NCBI GenBank assembly: GCA_035649755.1
Contig: DASRIY010000474.1
Coordinates: 1-50,530 of the forward strand
Length of the DNA: 50,530 nucleotides
Origin: Candidatus Methylomirabilota bacterium
GTDB taxonomy: Bacteria > Methylomirabilota > Methylomirabilia > Rokubacteriales > CSP1-6
Direction: 5' to 3'
In this document: piece after piece, positions 1 through 8,027 of the stretch
Layout: each line of letters starts with the position of its first letter
Position numbering within the stretch: position 1 is the stretch's first letter
Position numbers and translations under genes: made by a program
The notes under the pieces: model-generated
What the model was told of the DNA's origin: nothing
Seen by the model: the letters and a program-made list of their open reading frames with translations, nothing else
Databases searched by the model: none

Positions 1-461
1 GAGACGAGAATCTGACCGGCACCCGCGGCGGCGCAGATGCGCGCGGCCAGGTTCACGGTGCCGCCGATGTAGTCGCCGTCTTCCTGGCGAATCGGCTCGC
101 CCGTGTTGATGCCGATGCCGATGGCGATGCGGGGACCGGTCTGGTCACGGTTCGCCTGGGCGACGATGCGCTGGATCGCGATGGCGCAGAGGATGGCGCC
201 GCGGGCGGCGCTGAAGGCGACCATGAAGCTGTCGCCCTGGGTCTTGACGACCACCCCGCCGTACGCGTCGATCTGGCTGCGGATGATGATGTCCTGCTCG
301 TGAACGATCCGGGACGCCGCCTCGTCGCCAAACTCCTCCGTGTAGTCGGTGAAGCCCCGGATATCGCTGAAAAAGATGGTGACGGTCCCGCTGAACGGCA
401 CCGGCACCGCTTCGGGTGCGGCCCGGAGACTGCTTCCCTCGCCCTGCGCGTTTTCGTTCAT
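1..461 (-). CDS. Class III adenylate/guanylate cyclase domain protein (3' end runs off the window)
   Basis: Not in ORF track. Manual translation from ATG 461: MNENAQG...TVTIFFSDIRGFTDYTE...VVKTQGDSFMVAF...IGIGINTGE...DYIGGTVNLAARI. Both metal-binding Asp motifs and the NxxxR motif are present; the Lys/Asp specificity residues suggest ATP. Confidence 0.9.
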   Translation of the reverse strand, partial: MNENAQGEGSSLRAAPEAVPVPFSGTVTIFFSDIRGFTDYTEEFGDEAASRIVHEQDIIIRSQIDAYGGVVVKTQGDSFMVAFSAARGAILCAIAIQRIVAQANRDQTGPRIAIGIGINTGEPIRQEDGDYIGGTVNLAARICAAAGAGQILV

Positions 462-542
462 CTGGAGGCGATTCAGGTGGCACTAAAAATAGTAGCCGAT
501 GGGGGGGTAAAACTGAGTGCCTTTCCGGACCGGCGGCGGACG

Positions 543-1808
543 CTATCTTCGAACGACGCGGCGCGCCTTTAGCTCGTAGCGCGGGAGGCTCCGGAGAGGC
601 ACCGCCGTGACCTCGAACCGGATTCCGAGGGTGGCCCGCAGGGCCTCCTGAAGCCGGGAGGCGCCCGCCGCGTCCCCAATCTCGACGAGTACCCGAACCT
701 CGTCGAGCTCCCCCGCACGGAAGACCTCGATCTGGAACTCGTCGATCGTCGGGAAGCGCCTGACTACCCCCTCGATCGCCGCGGGAAAGACGTTCACGCC
801 GCGCACGATGAGCATGTCGTCGAGCCGGCCCAAGATGCCGCCCTCGAGCCGGACGAACGTACGACCGCATGGGCACGGCCTGTCGGCCAGCCTGACGTGA
901 TCGCCGGTCCGGTACCGGATGGCCGGCGAGCCCACCCGCCCGAGATTGGTCAGGACCAGCTCGCCGTCACGCGCGGGGGCAGCCGTCAGCGGGTCGATCA
1001 CCTCGGCGATGAACTCGGACTCGTTGACGTGAAGCCCGCCCCGCTCGGCGCACTCGTAGCCGTAGGCGCCCATCTCGGTCATACCGCCGTGGTCGTACGT
1101 CCTTGCGCCCCAGGCCTCCTCGATACGGGCGCGCACCGCCGGGATCCCTGCCCCCGGCTCGCCCGCGTGCACGGTGATCCGCATCGGCAGCCGGCCGAGG
1201 TCGATGGAGCGCTCGCGGGCGACCTCGGCCAGGTGCAGGGCATAGGACGGCGTGCACACGAGGACCGTCGCGCCGAGGGCCTCCATGGCGGCCAGGCGCG
1301 TCGGCGAGTCCTGGCCCCCGCCGGGAATGGCCAGCGCGCCGAGCGCCCGGGCGCCCTCGAATCCGGCCCAGAACCCGATGAAGAGACCGAACGAGAACGG
1401 GAAAAAGACGCGATCCACGGGCTCCACACCGGCGCCTCTCAGAACGAACCCCCAGCAGCGCGCCCACCACTCCCACGATTCCTGCGTGTCGAGCCATCGG
1501 ATCGGCGCGCCGCTCGTGCCCGATGTCTGGTGCACGCGAACGTAGCGCTCGAGTGGGAACGTGAGATTGGCGCCGAAGGGCGGATTCGCGGCCTGATCGT
1601 CGACCAGCTCCGCCTTTCGCGTCAGGGGCACACGCCGGAAGTCGTCCCAGCTGCGGAGATCGTCGACCGAGGCGATTCCCGCCTCGCGCCACTTGCGCGC
1701 GACGAAGCGGTTCGAGGCGAGAAGCTGGGCCGCCATGGCGCGAAAGCGGCGCCACTGGTGATCGCGCAGAGGATCGGAGCCGAGCGTCTCCAGCGCGCGG
1801 TCGAACAC
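543..1808 (-). CDS. Phenylacetate-CoA ligase (PaaK)-like aryl-CoA ligase
   Basis: HQTSGTSG P-loop, CTPSYALHL, GEPG, YRTGD, GRLDDMLIVRGVNVFP and a C-terminal KARRV. Confidence 0.85.
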   Translation of the reverse strand: MFDRALETLGSDPLRDHQWRRFRAMAAQLLASNRFVARKWREAGIASVDDLRSWDDFRRVPLTRKAELVDDQAANPPFGANLTFPLERYVRVHQTSGTSGAPIRWLDTQESWEWWARCWGFVLRGAGVEPVDRVFFPFSFGLFIGFWAGFEGARALGALAIPGGGQDSPTRLAAMEALGATVLVCTPSYALHLAEVARERSIDLGRLPMRITVHAGEPGAGIPAVRARIEEAWGARTYDHGGMTEMGAYGYECAERGGLHVNESEFIAEVIDPLTAAPARDGELVLTNLGRVGSPAIRYRTGDHVRLADRPCPCGRTFVRLEGGILGRLDDMLIVRGVNVFPAAIEGVVRRFPTIDEFQIEVFRAGELDEVRVLVEIGDAAGASRLQEALRATLGIRFEVTAVPLRSLPRYELKARRVVRR

Positions 1809-1822
1809 CGTCCGCGTGGCCC

Positions 1823-3373
1823 TCAGGCCCTGAGCTTGAACCGCTGGATCTTGCCGGTCGCGGTCTTGGGCAGCTCGGCGACGAAGTCGATCCAGCGGGG
1901 GTACTTGTAGGGAGCGATCTTGTCCTTCACGAAGGCCTTGAGCTCGTCGGCGAGCTTATCGCCGCCGCTCGCCGGCTCCTTGAGGACGACGAAGGCCTGC
2001 GGCTTGACCAGCCGATCGCTGTCCTCACGGCCGACCACCGCCGCCTCCAGCACCGCCGGGTGGCGCACCAGCGTCGCCTCGACCTCCACCGGCGAGACCC
2101 AGATGCCGCCAACCTTCAGCATGTCGTCCGAACGGCCGCAATACCAGAAGTAGCCCTCGGCGTCCTCGTAGTACTTGTCGCCTGTCTGGATCCACGGGCC
2201 GAAGAGCGTCTCCTTGGTCTTGTCGTGCTTGTTCCAGTAGTACGCCATCGTCGAGTCGCCCTTGACGCGCAGGTTGCCGATCTCGCCGCGCGGGACGCGA
2301 TGCCCCTCGTCGTCGACGATCGCGAGCTCGTAGCCGGGCACGGGCATGCCCGACGAGCCGGGCCGCGCGCGCCCCGGGCGATTCGAGATGAAGATGTAGC
2401 CGATCTCGGTGGTGCCGATGCCGTCGATGATCTCCACGCCGAACCGCTCGCGCCAGCGTGTGAAGAGCTCGTCGGGCAAGGCCTCGCCGGCTGACACGCA
2501 GAGCCGGAGCGACGAGGTGTCGAAGCGCTTCTCGGCATCCTTCACCGCCAGCATCCCGGCGTAGAGCGTCGGCACGCCGAAGAACAGCGTCGGCCGGAAC
2601 CGCGCGATGACCTCGAAGACGCCCTCGGGCGTCGGGCGGTGCGGATAGAGCACGGCCTGCGCGCCGACGCTCATCGGAATGAAGCCGGTGGCGCCCAGGC
2701 CGTACGCGAAGAAAAGCTTGGCCGCAGAGAACACGCGGTCGTCCGGGCGGATCCCGAGCACTTGCCTGGCGTAGGTCTCGCAGCACACGACCATGTCGTG
2801 ATGCAGGTGCACCGCGCCCTTGGGAAAGCCCGTCGAGCCGGACGAATACTGCCAGTACGCCGGATCGTCGCGCGAGGTCGGCGCGGCGGCGAGGCTCGTC
2901 GACGCCTTGCCGACGCGGTCCTCGAAGGACATGTAGGGCCCCGGGGCGCCGCCGGCGACCAGCACGTGCTTGAGGTGCCTGGCCTCGGTGAGCGCGGGCC
3001 CCACCTCGGCGAGCAGCGCCGCCGACACGACCGCCACTTTCGCGCGGCTGTCGTTCAGGAAATAGAGATAGTCGGCGGTGCGCATCAGCGTATTGGTGGG
3101 AATCGGCACCGCGCCGATCTTGATGGCGCCCCAGAACGTCCCGATGAACTCCGGCGCGTCGAGGCAGAGCATGAGCACGCGGTTCTCGGGCTCCACGCCG
3201 ATCTCCAGGAGCGCGTTCCCGGTGCGGTTCACCAGCTCCTGGACCTGTCCGTACGTGAGCGTCCGGCCCTCGTACTGGAACGCCGGCGTCGCCCCGCGGC
3301 CCTCGGTGACGTTGCGGTCGACGAACCACGACGCCACGTTGAACTGCGCGGGCAGCGACTCCGACGCGATCAT
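1823..3373 (-). CDS. Benzoate-CoA ligase family protein
   Basis: YSSGSTGFPKG, AAKLFFAYGLG, SAGEALP, GRSDDMLKVGGIWVSP, APYKYPRWI and LPKTATGKIQRFKLR; sits directly downstream of boxB. Confidence 0.9.
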   Translation of the reverse strand: MIASESLPAQFNVASWFVDRNVTEGRGATPAFQYEGRTLTYGQVQELVNRTGNALLEIGVEPENRVLMLCLDAPEFIGTFWGAIKIGAVPIPTNTLMRTADYLYFLNDSRAKVAVVSAALLAEVGPALTEARHLKHVLVAGGAPGPYMSFEDRVGKASTSLAAAPTSRDDPAYWQYSSGSTGFPKGAVHLHHDMVVCCETYARQVLGIRPDDRVFSAAKLFFAYGLGATGFIPMSVGAQAVLYPHRPTPEGVFEVIARFRPTLFFGVPTLYAGMLAVKDAEKRFDTSSLRLCVSAGEALPDELFTRWRERFGVEIIDGIGTTEIGYIFISNRPGRARPGSSGMPVPGYELAIVDDEGHRVPRGEIGNLRVKGDSTMAYYWNKHDKTKETLFGPWIQTGDKYYEDAEGYFWYCGRSDDMLKVGGIWVSPVEVEATLVRHPAVLEAAVVGREDSDRLVKPQAFVVLKEPASGGDKLADELKAFVKDKIAPYKYPRWIDFVAELPKTATGKIQRFKLRA

Positions 3374-3374
3374 G

Positions 3375-4793
3375 TCAGGCCAGGCGGACGTATTCGAAAT
3401 CGACCGGCTGGCTGTTGACGCCGCGCGCGGGCGGCGCGATCCAGCTGGCGAAGCGGCCGCGCTCCGTCACCGGCCGCATCAAGCTCTCGACGTACGCCTG
3501 ATCCGCCTCGGTGGGCAGCCACGCGTGCTTGTTCGAGTCCCATGCGGCTTCGCTGAGCACGAGGCCGTCCGGCGACACCTTGACCTCGGCGAACAGGCCG
3601 ATCGCGCGGCGGAAGCCCCGGTTGGGCAGCCGGAGCTCGAAGTCGATCTCGTGCTTCTTGATGATCTGGTTCCACCGGTCGACCCCGCGCTGGCAATCGG
3701 CGATGTAGTCGTCGCGCAGCCGCTCGTTGAGCGAGGGCAAGGCGGGCGCCTCGCGCGTCGTGATGCGATCGCCGGCGAGCTCGCTCACCGTGTAGGTGGC
3801 ATCCTTGAGCCGGTGGTCGTCCTTCTTCTTCGATTCCTCGAAGCGCCCCTTGAGGCCCATGGTGTAGAAGTTGGCGGCGTTGGTCGAGACCTCGGACCCG
3901 AACAGGTCGAGCGATACCGAGTAGTGGAAGTTGATGTACTTCTGGAGCGTCTCGAGGTCGATCCCGCCCAGCCGCCGGACGTCGTCGGTCTTGCCCTCGC
4001 GCATGAGCTCGCACGTGCGCTGCACGACCCGCCCGATTCCGGTCTCGCCCACGAAGAGATGGTGCGCCTCCTCCGTCAGCATGAAGCGGCAGGTGCGCGA
4101 CAGGGGGTCGAAGCCGCTCTCGGCGAGGCTCGCCAGCTGATACTTGCCGTCGCGATCGGTGAAGTACGTGAACATCAGATACGACAGCCAGTCCGGTGTC
4201 TTCTCGTTGAAGGCGCCGAGGATGCGCGGCTTGTCGCGGTCGCCCGAGCGGCGCTGCAGGAGCGCCTCGGACTCCTCGCGGCCGTCCCGGCCGAAGTAGG
4301 CATCGAGCAGGTAGACCATCGCCCAGAGGTGGCGGCCCTCCTCGACGTTGATCTGGAACAGGTTGCGCAGGTCGTAGAGCGAGGGACAGGTGGCGCCGAG
4401 GTGGCGCTGCTGCTCGACCGAGGCGGGCTCGGTGTCGCCCTGGGTGACGATGAGCCGACGCAGGACGCCGCGGTACTCGCCCGGGACGTCCTGCCAGCAG
4501 GGTGCGCCGAGGTGATCGCCGAACCCGATCGTGCGCCCGGCTTCCGGTTCGGCGAGGAACAGGCCCCAGCGGTACTCCGGCATCCTCACGTAGTCGAACT
4601 GGGCCCACCCCTGCGCGTCGACGCTCACGGCGGTGCGCAGGTAGACGTCCTTCTGCTGGAAGCCGTCGGGCCCCATGCTCATCCACCAGTCGATGAACTT
4701 CGGCTGCCACTCCTCGAGCGCGCGCTGGAGCCGGCGGTTGTCGCCGAGGCTCACGTTGTTCGGGATGCGCTCGCTGTAGTCGATGCCGGCCAT
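3375..4793 (-). CDS. boxB: Benzoyl-CoA 2,3-epoxidase, diiron subunit BoxB
   Basis: Start moved to ATG 4793 (MAGIDYSERIPNNV; 472 aa). QGDTEPASVEQQ, EEGRH and EEAHH diiron motifs, DRDGKYQL; TGATG overlap with boxC. Confidence 0.95.
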   Translation of the reverse strand: MAGIDYSERIPNNVSLGDNRRLQRALEEWQPKFIDWWMSMGPDGFQQKDVYLRTAVSVDAQGWAQFDYVRMPEYRWGLFLAEPEAGRTIGFGDHLGAPCWQDVPGEYRGVLRRLIVTQGDTEPASVEQQRHLGATCPSLYDLRNLFQINVEEGRHLWAMVYLLDAYFGRDGREESEALLQRRSGDRDKPRILGAFNEKTPDWLSYLMFTYFTDRDGKYQLASLAESGFDPLSRTCRFMLTEEAHHLFVGETGIGRVVQRTCELMREGKTDDVRRLGGIDLETLQKYINFHYSVSLDLFGSEVSTNAANFYTMGLKGRFEESKKKDDHRLKDATYTVSELAGDRITTREAPALPSLNERLRDDYIADCQRGVDRWNQIIKKHEIDFELRLPNRGFRRAIGLFAEVKVSPDGLVLSEAAWDSNKHAWLPTEADQAYVESLMRPVTERGRFASWIAPPARGVNSQPVDFEYVRLA

Positions 4794-6466
4794 CACACTC
4801 TCCTCCGGTCGAACTCGCTGCGCCGGCCTGTACCGTACACCTCGAGCGCGCCCTTGGGACCCACCGCGTTCGCCCGCTGGAAGATCCAGTTCTGCCATGC
4901 CGAGAGGCGGCCGAATATCTTGCTCTCGATGGTCTCGGGACCGCCGAACCGGATCGAGGCCTCCATGCCCGTGAGCGCGTCCGGCGAGAAGGCGGCCCGC
5001 TCCTCGAGCGCGATGCGGACCTCGTCCTCCCAGTCGATGTCGTCCGGCGTGAAGGTGACCAGCCCGGCTTCCGCCGCCGCGGCGGCATCGAGATCCTCGC
5101 CGACCCGGGCGCGGAGCTTGTCGACGCGCGCGGGCTCGGCCAGGAAGCGGCTCGCCAAGCGGTTGAGGCCGTTGACCATCGGGTAGGCGCCGAAGTTCAG
5201 CTCGGTGAGCCGGACGGCCGCCGCGGGCCGGGTATCTCCGTCGCGCGTGCCGTCGAGCATGTACGAGCGGTCGGCGGCCAAAGCCAGCTCGAGCAGGGTT
5301 CCGGTGAAGCACGAGCCCGGCTCGATCAGCGCGAAGACCGACCGCGAGGACACCTCGATGCGCTTGAGCGTCCGCTTGAGGAACAGCCGGATCTCGCGCA
5401 CGAGCCAGTCGTCGCGGTGCGCCGCCAGCGTCCGGTCGTATGCCTCGACCAGATCACTCCGGCCCGTCGTCCGGAGCACCCAGACACCGATCGTTTCCTC
5501 GTTGGTGCGCAGGTGCAGGATCAGGTCGTCGAGCTCGCGCGCCATTGCGAGGGGCCAGAACGCGTCGCCGGCGGCGTGAATGCCGCTGGCGTCGGCCGGC
5601 GGCGGCTCGGTCGGCGCGTTCACGGTGATCTCGGCGAGACCGCGCCCCCGATCGATGTCGCACGCGACGTGGCGATAGCGGATACGATCGCCGTCGATCG
5701 ATCGCCCGAGCGGCGTCAGGGCCACACCCCGGGCCGCGGCCGGCCGGTCGGTGCGGGCCGCCAGGCCGCCGGCGCGCCGCTTCACGACCTCGTCGAGCGC
5801 CGAGCGCGGCGCGACCTCGTCGACCAGGCCCCATTCCACCGCGCGCGTGCCCTTGATGCCCTCCTCGACCGTGCAGAAGAAGTCGGCGCGGTCGCGGCGC
5901 ACGCGGCGCTTGTCGACGAGCCGCGTGAGACCGCCGGTCCCGGGCAACACGGCGAGCAGCGGCACCTCCGGGAGCGACACGGCCGTGTTGCCGTCGTCGG
6001 CCATGACGATCCAGTCCGTCGCCAGCGCCAGCTCGTAGCCGCCGCCGGCGCACGGCCCGTTGACGGCGCAGAGGTAAGTCTGGCGCGACTCGGCCGTCGC
6101 CTCCTCGATCGCGTTGCGGGTCTCGTTGGTGAACTTGCAGAAGTTCACCTTCCAGCCGTGGGCCGACTGCGCGAGCATCCGGATGTTGGCGCCCGCGCAG
6201 AACACGCGCTCCTTGCCCGAGGTGATGACGACGGCGCCGATTTCGGGATGCTCGAATCGCAGCCGCTGGATCGCGTCGTACAGCTCGACGTCGACGCCGA
6301 GGTCGTACGAGTTGAGCTTGAGCTCGTAGCCCGGACGGAGCCCGCCGTCTTCTCTCACGTCCATGGTGAGCGTGGCCACCGGGCCGGCGAAGCCGAGCTT
6401 CCAGTGGCGGTACCTGGCGGGCTCCGTCCTGAAGTCGACCTGGATGCGCTCGGCGGTTTCCGCCAC
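4793..6466 (-). CDS. boxC: 2,3-epoxybenzoyl-CoA dihydrolase BoxC
   Basis: Start moved to GTG 6466 (557 aa). LKLNSYDLGVDVEL, KVNFCKFTNETRN, LPEVPLLAVLPGTGGLTR and LSAWQNWIFQR are BoxC-type double-crotonase signatures. Confidence 0.95.
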   Translation of the reverse strand: MAETAERIQVDFRTEPARYRHWKLGFAGPVATLTMDVREDGGLRPGYELKLNSYDLGVDVELYDAIQRLRFEHPEIGAVVITSGKERVFCAGANIRMLAQSAHGWKVNFCKFTNETRNAIEEATAESRQTYLCAVNGPCAGGGYELALATDWIVMADDGNTAVSLPEVPLLAVLPGTGGLTRLVDKRRVRRDRADFFCTVEEGIKGTRAVEWGLVDEVAPRSALDEVVKRRAGGLAARTDRPAAARGVALTPLGRSIDGDRIRYRHVACDIDRGRGLAEITVNAPTEPPPADASGIHAAGDAFWPLAMARELDDLILHLRTNEETIGVWVLRTTGRSDLVEAYDRTLAAHRDDWLVREIRLFLKRTLKRIEVSSRSVFALIEPGSCFTGTLLELALAADRSYMLDGTRDGDTRPAAAVRLTELNFGAYPMVNGLNRLASRFLAEPARVDKLRARVGEDLDAAAAAEAGLVTFTPDDIDWEDEVRIALEERAAFSPDALTGMEASIRFGGPETIESKIFGRLSAWQNWIFQRANAVGPKGALEVYGTGRRSEFDRRRV

Positions 6467-6471
6467 CGTGG

Positions 6472-7020
6472 TTATCCCAGGATGACCCAGAGGGCCTGGG
6501 CCTGCTTCGCGCCGAGATTCTCCCAGCCGTGCGGCACGCCGCCGTCGAGCAGGGCGCTGTCGCCCGCCTCGAGGAGATGTCGGTCGCCGTTGTAGTGGAG
6601 CGCCACCTTGCCCTCGAGCACGTAGAAGAGCTTCATCTGCCCGGGCTTGATGATGACCTTCTCCGTCGTGAACCCGCGCGACTTCGCGCCGAGCGTGGTG
6701 ACCACCGCGCGGATCTTCCCCTGGAAGAGCCCGGCGCCGAGCACGGCCCACCGCTCGGACGATCCGTCGAACGTCACGACCGGGTAGTCGCGCTTGCGCG
6801 AGACGACGATGCTGCCGGCCGGCGTGCCGTCGAAGAGCGCCGCGATCGGCACACCGAACGCGGAGGCGATCTTGCCGAGCGTGTTGAGCGACGGCGACAA
6901 GCGTCCCGACTCGATCTGCGAGACCATGCTCGGAGTCAGGTCCGCCTTCTCCGCGAGCTGCCGCTGCTGCAGCTCGCGTTCGGCGCGCAGATTCTTGATG
7001 CGCTCGCCGAGGGTCGTCAC
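6472..7020 (-). CDS. XRE-family HTH + cupin transcriptional regulator
   Basis: LGERIKNLR...QLAEKADLTPSMVSQIESG HTH, followed by a cupin domain (YVLEG...GDS...PHGWEN). Confidence 0.85.
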   Translation of the reverse strand: MTTLGERIKNLRAERELQQRQLAEKADLTPSMVSQIESGRLSPSLNTLGKIASAFGVPIAALFDGTPAGSIVVSRKRDYPVVTFDGSSERWAVLGAGLFQGKIRAVVTTLGAKSRGFTTEKVIIKPGQMKLFYVLEGKVALHYNGDRHLLEAGDSALLDGGVPHGWENLGAKQAQALWVILG

Positions 7021-8027
7021 GCGATTTCCTCCGACGCGGGCGCATCCTCGAACCCGGCGACGGCGGCGAGTGCCCGCGCGACGTAGACGCGCGCCACGCG
7101 CTTGCGGTACGGATGGCTGAAGTCGGTGTTGTCGAGCGGCTTGGCCGGCCCGGCCGCCAGGTTCGACGCGCGTTCGATCAGCTCGGGCGTGAAGCGCTCG
7201 CCGACGAGAGCCGCGGCCGCCTTCTCGGCCGGCCGCGGTAGCGAGGCCACCGCGCCCAGCACGATCCGCGCGTCACGCACGACCTCGCCGTCCATCCGGA
7301 CCGCCACCGCGACGCCCAGCACCGGGAAGTCGAACGACCCGCGGCGCCGGAGCTTCAGATAGACCGATCGCCAACCCTCAGCAGGCGGCAGCATGATGTC
7401 CGTGACGATCTCCTCCGGTCGCTTGGCGAGATAGTCGATGCCGTCGTCCCGATAGAGCGCTGCCATCGGCACCGTACGCTCGCCGCCGGCGCCGACCAGC
7501 CGCACCCGCGCGCCGAGCGCCCACAGAACCGGGGCGGTGTCCGAGGACGACACGGCCCAGCAGCGTGAGCTCCCGGGCGCCACCAGACAGATGTCGCCGT
7601 CCTTCTTCATGCAGAACCCGATCGCCTTCCGCCATTCGTACGACTGATTGTAATAGTTGCAGCGGGTGTCCACGCACACATTGCCCCCGATAGTACCCAT
7701 ATTCTGGAGCTGAGGCGACGACACCAGCCCGGACGCCGTCGCCAGCGCCGGAAAGTCGCGCGCGATCCCCGGATGCGCGGTGACGGCCGAGAGCGTCGTC
7801 GCGGCGCCGATCGTCCAGCCGTCGGACGAGCCCCGGACCCCCCGCAGCTCGCGGATTCCGCGGATCGCCACCAGGACCTTCGGCTCCATCTGCCGCCGCT
7901 TCATGTTGGGGAAGAGGTCGGTCCCGCCCGCCACGAGCGCCGCGTCACGTCCGTGCTCGGTCAAGAGGCGAGCGGCCGCGTCGACGGTATGCGGCGCGAC
8001 GTACGTGAACTCAGGCAATCGAATCAT
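7017..8027 (-). CDS. hcrB: 4-hydroxybenzoyl-CoA reductase beta-like FAD/[4Fe-4S] subunit
   Basis: AGGTDL and GTIGGN FAD motifs, plus a C-X15-C-X7-C-X8-C insertion (CNYYNQSYEWRKAIGFCMKKDGDICLVAPGSSRC) typical of HcrB. Confidence 0.8.
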   Translation of the reverse strand: MIRLPEFTYVAPHTVDAAARLLTEHGRDAALVAGGTDLFPNMKRRQMEPKVLVAIRGIRELRGVRGSSDGWTIGAATTLSAVTAHPGIARDFPALATASGLVSSPQLQNMGTIGGNVCVDTRCNYYNQSYEWRKAIGFCMKKDGDICLVAPGSSRCWAVSSSDTAPVLWALGARVRLVGAGGERTVPMAALYRDDGIDYLAKRPEEIVTDIMLPPAEGWRSVYLKLRRRGSFDFPVLGVAVAVRMDGEVVRDARIVLGAVASLPRPAEKAAAALVGERFTPELIERASNLAAGPAKPLDNTDFSHPYRKRVARVYVARALAAVAGFEDAPASEEIA

